DNA of 64,000 bases. Source: Heteronotia binoei (lineage: Eukaryota). Positions 36,387 to 47,566 of this stretch are shown in pieces. Below the pieces are notes generated by a model. That model did no database searches and was not told the DNA's origin. It worked only from the letters and a program-made list of their open reading frames with translations. The position numbers and the translations under genes are program-made. The stretch's first letter is position 1, and the number at the start of each line of letters is the position of its first letter. The stretch covers positions 28,396,001 to 28,460,000 of the forward strand of contig NC_083243.1 in NCBI RefSeq assembly GCF_032191835.1, in the 5' to 3' direction.

Positions 36387-37200
36387 TGTGACGGAAAGCA
36401 ATGGGTTAACCAGAAACTGAAGACGCACAGGGCCTGCGTCAGGTGACCTGATGGTGGGGGCAAAGTGCTGAGAGCTCTCAGGGAGGGAAAAGTTAGTGGA
36501 AGGAGAGAAACTGCTGAGGCAGGAGTTCAGTCAGTTGATGTCTGAGTGGAGGCCTGTCAGAGAAGTCTGTCAGTGGGGACCTGACAGAGACTGAGAGGGT
36601 CAGTTAGTGCCGGCCAGAAGGGCTGAGAGGGCAGCTGATCCTGTGAAGAAGCTGGAGACGGAGACGGGGAAGTCTTCCAGAGACTGCCAGCTGGACAAAA
36701 CCAGCCAAGAGAGCTGTGTGTGTGTGAGTCAGTTAAGACCGGAATGGTCACAGACACCAGGAAACTACTCTAAAGGTCTAGTGAGGAGGTTGAGGGAGTG
36801 GATGTGGGTCTGAGACACCAAGAAGGGCTGAGAGGAGAGACTCCAGTCGAGGGGTGAGACTAGACACATCAATCCCAAGAGGCCAGACCTTGGCTAGAGG
36901 TGGAGAGTGAGTGAAAGGTGAACTGTGTAACTGTGAAAGACGCAAAACAAAAGGAAAAGTGAATGTAAAGCCTGAAACAACAGAACAAAGTATAAGCCTG
37001 TGTAAATATCTCCCATATCCCCAGTTTAAGACTTTTTGTTACAATAAATCTGTGGTTTAAGTTAAAGTTCTCGTGAGCCTATATATTTTATGGGGAAGAA
37101 TAAACAAAGCTGCTGTGGTCCCATCAACAGAACAAGTAAAATACCCCGAAGAGACGAAAATATAGAGATCCAGTGAGGCCTTGAGGCAGGCGCTGCTATA
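36387..37200 (+). mobile_element. Solo LTR, 814 bp, inserted into a hAT MITE in ZNF839 intron 4
   Basis: TGTGAC start, GCTATA end; perfect 5-bp TSD GCATG at 36382-36386 and 37201-37205; AATAAA at 37043 and 37099. Confidence 0.7.
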
Positions 37201-39001
37201 GCATGTTTTAAGTTTTTTTAAAAATCCTTAACTGTGTGTCTTTGCCCTTTATAAAGTTTATATCTCTACTACCTGGCATTACATTTTGTGACACACATGG
37301 CCTGGCCGGACAAGGTCATATTTATGTCACATCCAGCCCTCATAATAAATAAGTTTGACACCCCTGCTCTAACCTTTCATATGGTGGGTGACAAACTCCC
37401 AGAGTTAAGCTTTCTTTCAGGCACACTATTTCCATCCGTAACATTTCTCGAAGTGAATCTATTTCTCTTAGATTCTCGGTTTTACTGGACTGTATACTCT
37501 CTGAGCCACTTCATCTCCAACCCTTCCCTCCCTATCCTTCTGATATAATTTATATCCAGGAATTACTGTAACCCATTCAGTCTGACATTGTCTCTCTTGA
37601 TAACACTGGCTACTATACTCTTACAACGCAAGAATATAGCCTTGCTTCTGTAATGCTACAACGGAAGATAAACAGCTGAGTTTTAACAGCTCTGGGGACT
37701 GCAGTGGTTGATGCCCAAGGATCACAAACATTTGGTATGCCTTTTAATCAAAGTACTGCACATACCATGCTGAGAACATGTCAACACAAACTGGCTGAGC
37801 AATTTAAGTCTTTGGGGGGAAGCCACCAGCCTTTGACAAATAGACTTCTTAGAAGAAAAATCTATTATTGAAGTAGCTATTAAAGCTGGAGTCACAGGCT
37901 CTAGTCCACTAATGGTGGAACCTTCCTTTAGCATAACAGTCATGCTCCACGAGAGAAGGTTCCACTATTAGTGGAGCAAAGCCAGTGGATCCAAGCCTAT
38001 GTCTCTCTTTACCCCAAGAACATAAAAATAAAGCATTCTCGTTTTCAGATTTCCCCTTAACCATTCCCCATTTTACTTTTGTTTTGGCTTCAATCTCAGC
38101 TCCATATCAAGAGACCAACTTAAGGCAATTCTTGCATTTTGAAACAATAGCAAAACTAACTAAATATATAAATAGAAGACCACTGAAAGAATTCCAGCAG
38201 AAATGGCAAGCTTATTATTCATATCATGGGAACAGTTAAATTTCTTGATCCTGAAAATTCTAGAAACTAACAAAATATTATATCAAAGGTGATGAAGATA
38301 CTGATTACAATTTTAATATTTTTATTTAGTATTTCATTACCATTTAAATATCTAGTAAGACTAAGACTTAAAATCTGACAAACAATTAACATAATAGTCA
38401 GGTTTTAAGGATGGTTCACTTAGCACAGAAATGTGATTAACTGTCAAAGATATAACTTTTTCATTATTAATAGACTTTCAACAATATTAGGAATTTTTGT
38501 CTATTATTTTAAAGCAAGAACTCATTCCTGAACACTGTAATAATGCTTTATTATCTACTTCATTTGAAGCATGTATTTTTCCCAATACAGTTGATTTTAC
38601 TTGTTAGTCTAACAATAGTGAAGTATTTCACCATAAGCAGACAAGACCGTTCTGTGCAAATTCTAATTTAAAAAGCTTCCACAACCTCTATTTTCTTCCT
38701 TATTCATAAGAGTGGTTTGCATCATTTAATGTGTCCTGTTAATACTTATGGTTGGCTTCAGTTCTGTTTTTAGGCTTCTGGTTGCTTCTAATTCCTATCA
38801 CACTGTTCAATGGATATCCCATCCTGTCAAATATATTGACTTGCTCAGTGTAATTCACCTCAAGTCTAAGTAAGACGACAACAAAACATAACAAAAATGC
38901 AATGGCTTAGTCGGTACATTCTTAACATAAGCTTTAACTTGATTAAAGAAACTTCAGCTGTTTCCACCTTGAAATTTCAAGACTTAACACTATAAACTTG
39001 C

Positions 39002-39094
39002 CTTCATAAGTAGGAATTCAAACACAGTAACAAATGCTGTAAGATGTGGAACCACCAACTCCATGAAATCTTCACTGGTGTATTGCTGAATCAG
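39002..39094 (-). CDS. ZNF839: ZNF839 exon 4 (LIQQYTSEDFMELVVPHLTAFVTVFEFLLMK) with a GC donor
   Basis: Hand translation matches the VTVYEFLLMK motif; CAG acceptor; AAG|GCAAGT donor; 93 nt. Confidence 0.92.
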
Positions 39095-40559
39095 CTGTTA
39101 AAGACCACAATGATTTCTTTAGAGAAGCCATAAATCACATTGCTAAAACGCCAACTCTAAACATATGAGGATTAAGAGAGAAAGAAGGATATATGAAATC
39201 ATGGAACTCAAGTCAAATCAGTGAGTAACATCAATGTTACAGATTAGTTCCTGTCTTCATTACCAGGACAAACACTGTTAAAGGTGCATTTAAAGAAATC
39301 CCAAAGGGTGACACCCAAAGCAAACTTCACACTACCCATCTACATAGGAAACTGATGTACAAGACATATGTACCATCACAGGAGCCACTTACAAACTTTC
39401 CCAGTTGTGAACAGATATAGCATGAGCACACCATGCTAGTTTTATTTAAAACACTCCCCTTTCCTTAAACACAAGAACTGCTAGTAACTATGCACTGTGT
39501 CAATTAGCTGTACACTTTTTAGTTCATTAAAGCGGCACCAATGTGCATACTAGCCTAATGATTTTGACAAAAGCAGACACACTTAAGTTTCAGAGAACAG
39601 GGAGCAAATAAAGCTTATGGAACAGATCTCTGCCACATCTCCCCTCTTGCTGCAACTCTGCACCCCTTCCAAATGCTCTTCAGGGTCAGAGGCCCCTCTA
39701 GAACAACACAGATGTGGCATAGGAGGCTGCAGTAAAAATCCACAGGAATCATCCCCTTGTGCCAGCGACAGGCTGCCAATTGCAAAGTGAGGAGCGGGAG
39801 AACAGATCTAATCTGAACGCTTGCAGACAGTGCACAGAAATGTTGCAGTAGATAGTTATCTTAAAAAGGGAAATGTCTAGCTCATACCTGCATGTTGTCC
39901 CATGAGCTCAGGGCACTATTTATGATGATCAAAAGACTCTGAATAGACTAGTTAACCATTTAACTAATAAGAACAGCCCTGCTGGATCAGAATCAGTGGT
40001 ACATGATCTGATCCAGCATGCTGTCTCACAGTGGCCATCCAGATCTCCTGGAGATTTAAGAGGACACAGAGGCTTTCCCTGAAGTTGCCTCCCGGCACTG
40101 ATATTGCTTCTGAACATGGAGATTCCCTCTAGTCACCTTAGCTAGTAGCCACTGACAGATCTATCCTCCATGAATCTGTCTAATCCCCTTTTAAAGCTGT
40201 CTATGCCTGCATCTATCACGATATCATCTGGCAGTGAATTCCACATTTTAATTACTCCCTGTGTAAAGAAGTATGTTGCCTGTCCTGCTGCCCATCAGCT
40301 TCAACGGATGCCTGCAAGTTCTAGTAATCTGGGAGAGGAAGAAAAGTTCTTTGGCAACTGTCTCCACCCTGTGCATACTTTTACTAACCTCTACTATGTC
40401 ACCTCTTAGTCATCTCTTTTCTAAAATAAAGTGTCCCAGAAACTCCAGCCTTTCATCACAGGGAAAGCACTCCAACTCCCTAATCACCTTGGGCTGCCCT
40501 CTTTTATACTTTCAATAGCTCTGTGATGTCCTCTGGAGACGCTGTGACTAGGACTACAA

Positions 40560-40727
40560 CAGGGCTCTTTTTCTAGCAGGAGCTCCTCTGCATATTAGGC
40601 CACACACCCCTTATGTAGCCAGTCCTCCTGGAGCTTACAGTAGGCCCTCTAAGCTCTTGGAGGATTGGCTGCACCAGGTGGGCATGGCCTAATATGCAGA
40701 GGAGCTCCTGCTAGAAAAAGAGCCTTG
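40560..40727. mobile_element. Short hAT MITE with about 40-bp TIRs, nested in a CR1 3' fragment (about 40050-40800)
   Basis: CAGGGCTCTTTTTCTAGCAGGAGCTCC and its reverse complement; 7/8 TSD GACTACA(A/C). Confidence 0.8.
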
Positions 40728-41025
40728 GACTACACACAGAATTAATAACAAACAAGGCCACAACATAGATTTATACAGGGCTATTATAATATCAGCTGTT
40801 TTCTTTTCAGTCCCTTTCCTAATAATCCTCAATAGCATTTTACATTTTCACAGTTGTGGCACACTGGATCGATGCTTTAATTCAGATAGCTACTTGTCTA
40901 ATTAAATTAACTAAAATTGAAACCCTAGAGAGGAAGGCACTCTGGTTCTGATGAAGACGGAAACAAAGGGTATAAATTTTGTCAATAAACAAGTAAAACT
41001 GCATAATTATAAAAGCAAGTCATAC

Positions 41026-41259
41026 CTCTTTTAGCCTAGTTTTCCTTCTCAGTGCACTGTGATGCTCTGCAGGCATACTGTTATGTGACTTGGGCGGGAA
41101 CTGTCCAGGTCTGTTAAATCTTCCAGAATATTTTGTTCTTTCAGCATTCCTGGGGCGGCCACAGCGCCACTGTTGTCGAGACCTCCCTGGACCCAGGTGT
41201 AACAAACTGACGTCCTTTTGTTGTACTGCAGACATTCTCTTTCCTCCACCTGTCCCAGC
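41026..41259 (-). CDS. ZNF839: ZNF839 exon 3 (AGTGGGKRMSAVQQ...RRKTRLKE)
   Basis: Ends in RLKE like ZNF839; GAG|GTATG donor; the phase-0 acceptor TTTTAAAAG is inferred, so the 5' boundary is less certain. Confidence 0.75.
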
Positions 41260-41657
41260 CTTTTAAAACAAAATTGAACATCAGAACTTTTCAACACTTT
41301 TGGCCTTTATGTATTCATTTTTCAACCTGAAATGATAGCAGAAATAGCCATTGAGCCTGTACCCCAAAGCGAAGGGTACATGCTTGTCAAGTCAAGAAAA
41401 CTCCCTTTTCTGAAGCCCTGCTATGCCAGACTGACAACGGTCTGTGCTTACCCCACTACTGCATCATGAGTAGAACTTGTGTCCAGTCTATGGGTATATG
41501 ATGAAGGGAGCTTTGATTCTTGAAACCTTGTACCCTGGAAATCTTGTTGGTCTCTAAGGTGCTATTGGACTCAAATCTCGCTCCATGAATGATTGCTAAT
41601 ACTGGGATTATATCTATCTCCTCAAATTCACCAAGGGGACAAAATAAATCTTTTTAC

Positions 41658-42539
41658 CTGTTGCCCATTTTCTGTGGCATCTGTTTTTTCATTTGTTACA
41701 GTAACCTGTGGCAGTTCAAGAGTCTGATGGCTACTTCCACTGTTTGCCTCCCCAGTGTCTTCCAGCAATGTCACACTACAGAGCTGATTCATAGGAGAAG
41801 ATGGTGAAGATTCTTGCAGCCCATGGTCAGGATTCAATTTATAATGTCGGGCTAATCCTCCTTTTCCTATGTAGGATTTATCACAAGTCTGACACTTGAA
41901 CAATTTTGGCCTCAAGTCATAGGTCAAGGGACCAAACAAGGGAATTTCCTTCTCCTTGCCCTCTTCATCCTCTTCTACACTGAGCTCAGAATAGTCATCA
42001 GAATCAGACTGGTGACAGTCCGCCAAGTCTTCAGTTTTAATGAATTTGTAATCCTTGGCTTTATATCTAGGAGGACGGGAAATCCGCCCAGATCGGGTTT
42101 TCACCTTCAGGTTCTTTTTAAGCTTTTGTTCTCTTTGTTTCTTCTCACAGTTTGCAATAGAGTTTGCTGGACTTTTTGAAACCACAGTACCACTTGGAGT
42201 TTGTGTAGTAGACTTGTTTCTCTGCTCATTTAGCACCTGGTGTGTTGCTATCTTATCTGCAGGTACTTGTCCATGGGGATGTAAAGGTTTCTGCAGGAGC
42301 AGCTGAATTGTTGGCCCAGAAGAGCTGTGTAAGAAAAACTGATGTGACCCAGTCCCTGTAAGAGGTTCTATCCTAATAATCTGAGGATTAATAACATTGA
42401 GTCCCAAAACCTTTGCTTTCTTCTGAACTGGTTGAGCTGCTGTTACATTCCGGGATTGATTAGAGGCAAAAGATAGTGCTGGTCTTTCATTTTCTTTTGT
42501 CTGATCAGGCTGTACCTGGACACAGATAGTTTCAAACTG
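41658..42539 (-). CDS. ZNF839: ZNF839 exon 2 with VKTRSGRISRPPRYKAKDYKFIK and the C2H2-like finger CQTCDKSYIGKGGLARHYKLNPDH
   Basis: Within ORF 41628-42587; CAG/CAG tandem acceptor, CAG|GTAAA donor; 882 nt phase 0-0. Confidence 0.95.
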
Positions 42540-43759
42540 CTGTAAGAAACAGAGATTATTTAAACGTAAAATTACATATTCCCTCAAATTCTTGAACTTC
42601 AGTGACCTACAACACGTTGCTTTCCAAAGAGATCTGAACTAGTATTTAAATTAATCCTTTTAATCTAGATCTCCTGTACACAGAAAAACATCACCAACAG
42701 TAATGCTATGGATTATAAGGAATCCTTACCATTAATGCTAAATATTTTAGCAATTCCAGTAGGAATTAGAAAAGACAGTCCAGTAGCACCTGAAAGACTA
42801 ACATTTGTTGCAGAGTATGAGCTTTTTTGAGTCTCACATCTTCAGATACCCATTTAAAGAAGGGAGCAGTGACTCACAGAAGCTACAAATGTTGATAGTC
42901 TTTATGATGCTACAAGACTCTTACACTTTTCTACCACTACAGACAGCCTAACAACAGCTACCCATTTTGATCTATTAGGAATCAGAGTCCAGGAAGAAGA
43001 GCCAAAAGATGATGCTTGCATCTCACTGGCTCCATTGTACCATTAATAGCTAAAGGAGAATGAGTTTCTGCAATCCAAGTGAGGCAGCCTTGTCTCACTC
43101 TGCCATTTTTGCCTGTCACAGGATTGCCATTCTGTAGTGGAGCTAAAGCAGTGGTACTCTCTCCCCAGCTTGTGGACAGCCACAAGCCACAACCTTCCAC
43201 AAACTTTAACACTTGCAGTGATTGTACTCCTTCCATCCCTGCAAGGGTTGCCAACTCAAGGCTGGAAAATCCCTGAAGATTTTAGAGTAGAGCCTGAGGA
43301 GGGAACTCAGAATAAGACTGTAGATTTATACCCCACCCTTCTCTCTGAATCAGACTCAGAGCAACTTACAATCTCATATCTTCTCCCCCCACAACAGACA
43401 CCCTGTGAAGTGGATGGGGATGAGAGCTCTCACAGCAGCTGCCCTTTCAAGGACAACTTCGACTAGAGCCATGGCTAACTGAAGGCCATTGCGGCAGCTG
43501 CAAGTGGAGGAGTGGGGAATCAAACCGGGTTCTTCCAGCTAAGAGTCAGCACACTTAACCACTACACCAAACTGGCTCAATGAGGTATAATGCCAAAGAG
43601 CACACTGCAAAGCTGCCATTTTCTGCAGATGAACTGATCTCCACAGCTTGGGGGTCAACCATAATTCCAGTAAACCACCATTGGCAAGGCCTTGCATGTA
43701 CAAAACAGAAAACCACTCTCAGCCCACCCGCCACCCCTTTCCTTCTGTAACTCCACAGA

Positions 43760-44480
43760 CGTGCCTGGGGTGGAAGCAGCCTGACGGGAGGAAGAGCAGC
43801 AGCGGCCGCTCGCGATTTGCCCTGCTGGAGGGCGACCCGCCAGGCCACATCCTGCAACTGCTGCGCCGCGTTCTGCGAGGCGCTGGACACCAGCAGGGGC
43901 TCTGAGGGAGGGCTGGACGAGCCGCCGACAGGCCGCGTGGCGGAAGAAGGGGCGGGAGGCGCCAAGGAGCCGCTCTCCTGGGCCGCCACCGAAGGCCCGC
44001 GGTTCCTTGGAGCTGGGGCGGCGAGAGTCGGTTGCCGTAGGAGGCCGAAGGACACCACCAACTCCGAGACAGGCTTTCTTCCCGGAGGCGCCTCGCCAGG
44101 CTGCCCTTCATCGGCCACAAGCACCAACCGCTGCTCCTGGCGCCCCTCAGCCGCCAGCGCGGGACGGCTCTCGAAGAGCTGCGGAGGCAAGGCGGCCCCT
44201 GGAAGAGCTGGCGGGCCCCAAGCGGCGTTATCATTCCCCTCAAAGAGCGCCGAGGCGGCTTCCCCTCCACTCTCCCCAAGAGCCGCCATCTTAACGCCGG
44301 CCCATTTGAGCTTGCTTGAGGCGGTTAACCATAGAGACCGGAAAGGGCCCTTGGGATAGGACTTCCGGTTTAAAAGGAGAAAGCCTCTCTCGGGCGCAGA
44401 GGAGGCGTCGCTCTATCCTTCCCTTTCTATGGACGAGGATTAATTCCGGCAAAATTAAAATGGGAGAGGCTCGTTAAACG
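43760..44480 (-). promoter_or_regulatory. ZNF839 CpG island / promoter
   Basis: CpG-dense; YY1-like AAGATGGCG at the ATG; ETS core ACTTCCGG at 44361-44368. Confidence 0.75.
43765..44289 (-). CDS. ZNF839: ZNF839 exon 1 (MAALGESGGEAAS...RLLPPQ), ending at an inferred GC donor
   Basis: ATG in AAGATGGCG context inside a CpG island; ends in RLLPPQ like ZNF839 exon 1; 525 nt phase 0; next bases GCACGT. Confidence 0.8.
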
Positions 44481-44485
44481 GCTCA

Positions 44486-45792
44486 CGGGGGTGTCTAACT
44501 CATTTTGTTATGAAGGTCAGATTTGACATAAATGAGACCTTGTCGGGCCGTGTGTGTACCTATTTAAGAGTGGGTAGCAGAGCTATAAACTTTATAAAGA
44601 ACACAAACACAATTAAATGTAGTTTTTTTTTTTAAAGTAAAACATGCTTAAAGCACTAGCACTCATTGGTCTTAAAGGTGTTTTCTTTGTATTTCTCCCA
44701 TGGGATCCAGGGGACTGGGCAAAGGAAGCTCTGGCTCTTTCCTTCCTTCCCCAGGGGAAGCTGTAAAAGGTAAGAAGGACTCCTTTAAGCGGTGGAAAAT
44801 GAGTCCAAGTGAGATTAGTAAAAGGGAACACAGGCTGTGGCAAATCAAATGCAAGACTGTGATCAGGCAGGCAAAAAGGGACTATGAGGAGCATATTGCA
44901 AAAAACATAAAGACCAACAATAAAAATTTCTTCAAATATATTAGAAGCAGGAAACCAGCCAGGGAGGCACTGGGGCCCTTGGATAACCATGGGGTAAAAG
45001 GATTACTGAAGGAGGATAGGGAAATGGCTGAGAAGCTGAATGCATTTTAGACTTCGTCTTCACTGTGGAAGATGAGAGCTTTTTGCCCGCCCCAGAACCA
45101 CTAATTTTGGAAGGGATGTTGAAAGACCTGAGTCAGATTGAGGTGACAAAAGAGGAGGTCCTACAACTGATAGACAAATTAAAAACTAATAAGTCACCGG
45201 GTCCGGATGGCATACATCCAAGAGTTCTGAAAGAACTCAAAGTTGAACTTGTGGATCTTCTAACAAAAATCTGTAATCTTTCATTGAAATCTGCCTCCGT
45301 TCCTGAGGACTGAAAGGTAGCAAATGTCACCCCCATCTTTAAAAAGGGTTCCAGAGGAGATCCGGGAAATTACAGGCCAGTCAGTCTGACTTCAATACCG
45401 GGAAAGTTGGTAGAAAGCATTATCAAGGACAGAATGAGTAGGCACATTGATGAACACGGGTTATTGAGGAAGACTCAGCATGGGTTCTGTAAGGGAAGAT
45501 CTTGCCTCACCTGTTACATTTCTTTGAGGGGGTGAACAAACATGTGGACAAAGGAGACCCGATAGATGTTTATCTTGACTTCCAGAAAGCTTTTGATAAA
45601 GTTCCTCATCAATAGAGAAAGTAGAGGTTTTGCTCTGTAGCTCCTGTGCGACTAAGCAAGCCTAGCAAAGCAAGCTGTGATGCAGAAGGAAGCAAGAGAG
45701 AGAAGGAAGCAGATGACAGCCAGTTGCTCAGGGCCTGATAGGAACCCCCTGGTGGCCTGATTCGGCTCCAGGATGCATGTTTGACACCCCTG
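44486..45792 (-). mobile_element. hAT-type MITE (CAGGGGTGTCAAAC TIR family) interrupted by the CR1 fragment
   Basis: TIR-like CGGGGGTGTCTAAC and GTTTGACACCCCTG; internal sequence matches the copy at 10311-10868 in reverse. Confidence 0.8.
44757..45610 (+). mobile_element. CR1-type LINE ORF2 internal fragment (RT region), with stops and frameshifts
   Basis: KSPGPDGIHPRVLKEL, NYRPVSLTSIPGK, QHGF and YLDFQKAFDKVPH motifs. Confidence 0.9.
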
Positions 45793-47492
45793 CTCTAAGG
45801 CATTGTACCCCACAGAGGTCCTTGTCCTCCCCAGGCTCCACCCCCAAATCTCCAGGAGTTTCCCAACCTGGATCCGGCAACCCTACCTCCTTCATCCCCT
45901 ACCAGTGGCCAGGGGGGAAATAGTAACCCTAATGAATATCCAATGCCTATGGCATTGGGTTCGGGTGTAGACTGAATTCATAGGGCTGCCAACTGCCAGT
46001 TGACGTCTGGAGATCTCCTGGGATGACAACTGACCTCTAGGCTACAGAGAGATCAATTTCCCTGGAGGAAATGGCTGCTTTGGAAGGTGGGCTTTACCGC
46101 TTTGTACCCCACTGAGGTCCCTTTCCAGGTACCATGTCCCAAACTCCAGGAGTTCTCGAACACAGAGTTGGAAACCCGATCATGTGACTCGTTTTCTATG
46201 GTGTATCTGTAGTTGCAACAAATCCGTGTAAAAGCGTTTTATTAAGACCAGCCCAATATAACACCTAACAAAACTCTTTCTCAGGATGGGTGCTAGAAAC
46301 AAGAAAAAGGCCCGGGAGGCGGCGGAGAAATGCCTCTGGACAAGATGTAAAATCCCGTTGAAGCCTGCATTGTGCATTGAATGAAGAGCGGATTCAAAGA
46401 GTGCTGGTTTCAAGTGACACGGTTTCTCAGCGCAAGAGGCAAAAGAACAGGTGTCTCTCGTATCCCTGTAAATTAGACGAGCGAGACTCACAATTCGGTG
46501 TGGGGGGCGGGTTAAGGTGTTGCATGAGACCAAAGAAGGAAGAGTCAAGTTTGCACCGTTAAGACCAACAAAGTCTTATTCAGAATGTAAGCTTAGATTC
46601 TGAATAAAACTTTATTGGAATTTAGGGGGAGGTATTTGTGAGTTTCCTGCATTGTGCAGGGAATTGGACCCTGGAGATCCCTTCCAACTTTGTGATTCTA
46701 TGAGTCTTGCTTTGTTCTACTGCTTCAAACCAACACGGCTGCCCACCTGGATCTATCACCAAAGAAGGGAGTTTTATTTCGTGCAATATTCTCATGATCT
46801 AGTTGCAACCCCACTCTCTCCCTGCTGCTAAAACAGGCGCAGGGATGGACCAATAGAAACTCTCTTCTGTGTCTTTGTTGCTTCGGCTCAGACGCTAGGA
46901 GGCGGGCTGGTCAAGACAAGAGATTATCAACGGGATGGAATCCGAGTGGGGACAATTGAGTTCCAAAAGCGCGTGTGATTTCTGTTGGAATAATTAACTT
47001 TTCACCCGGTGATCCATATTTCGGAGAAACAAATAAAAGCAGAAATTGGTTATGGAAGCGATGCGTTTTAGATGTGGCATTCATAATCGAAAGGTGTTTT
47101 TTAAAAAATCATTTTAAACGTCGCGAAAAATCTAATTGGATCCCAAATTAGATTTAAATCCAAGTATTCTTAACTTGATGGGTTTGCTTACCTTCTGAAA
47201 TACAGACCAGTAAGTATAAAACCCCAAACGATAAAGCCTATATGCCATGCCACGTGAAACGAAGGGGTTCCCCTCCCCGCCTTTTCCCTTTCTTTTTCCT
47301 TAATGAAGGCAAAGATGGTAAATATCAGAGATATTACCGGGAGGGGGGGGGTGTTTCTGAACAGAAGTGACAAAGTTACCTTTTCATTGTACAGTTACCT
47401 ATCTTAGAACTCACGAAAGTTTTAGTGGGCAGTAGTTTTTGCAACAGATGAAACACATGTAATCGGCACAACCTTCTGTAATCGAAAAGGGA

Positions 47493-47566
47493 TGGCCCGT
47501 ACGGGGATCGAACCCGCGACCTTGGCGTTATTAGCACCACGCTCTAACCAACTGAGCTAACCGGCC
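47493..47566 (-). tRNA. tRNA-Ile, anticodon AAT, 74 nt
   Basis: The reverse complement GGCCGGTTAGCTCAGTTGGTTAGAGCGTGGTGCTAATAACGCCAAGGTCGCGGGTTCGATCCCCGTACGGGCCA is the canonical vertebrate tRNA-Ile(AAT); a T4 Pol III terminator lies at 47488-47485. Confidence 0.98.

Noticed and set aside
43719-44359. Overlapping 180-186-aa ORFs on both strands
   Set aside because: Shadow ORFs of the GC-rich ZNF839 exon 1 and CpG island.
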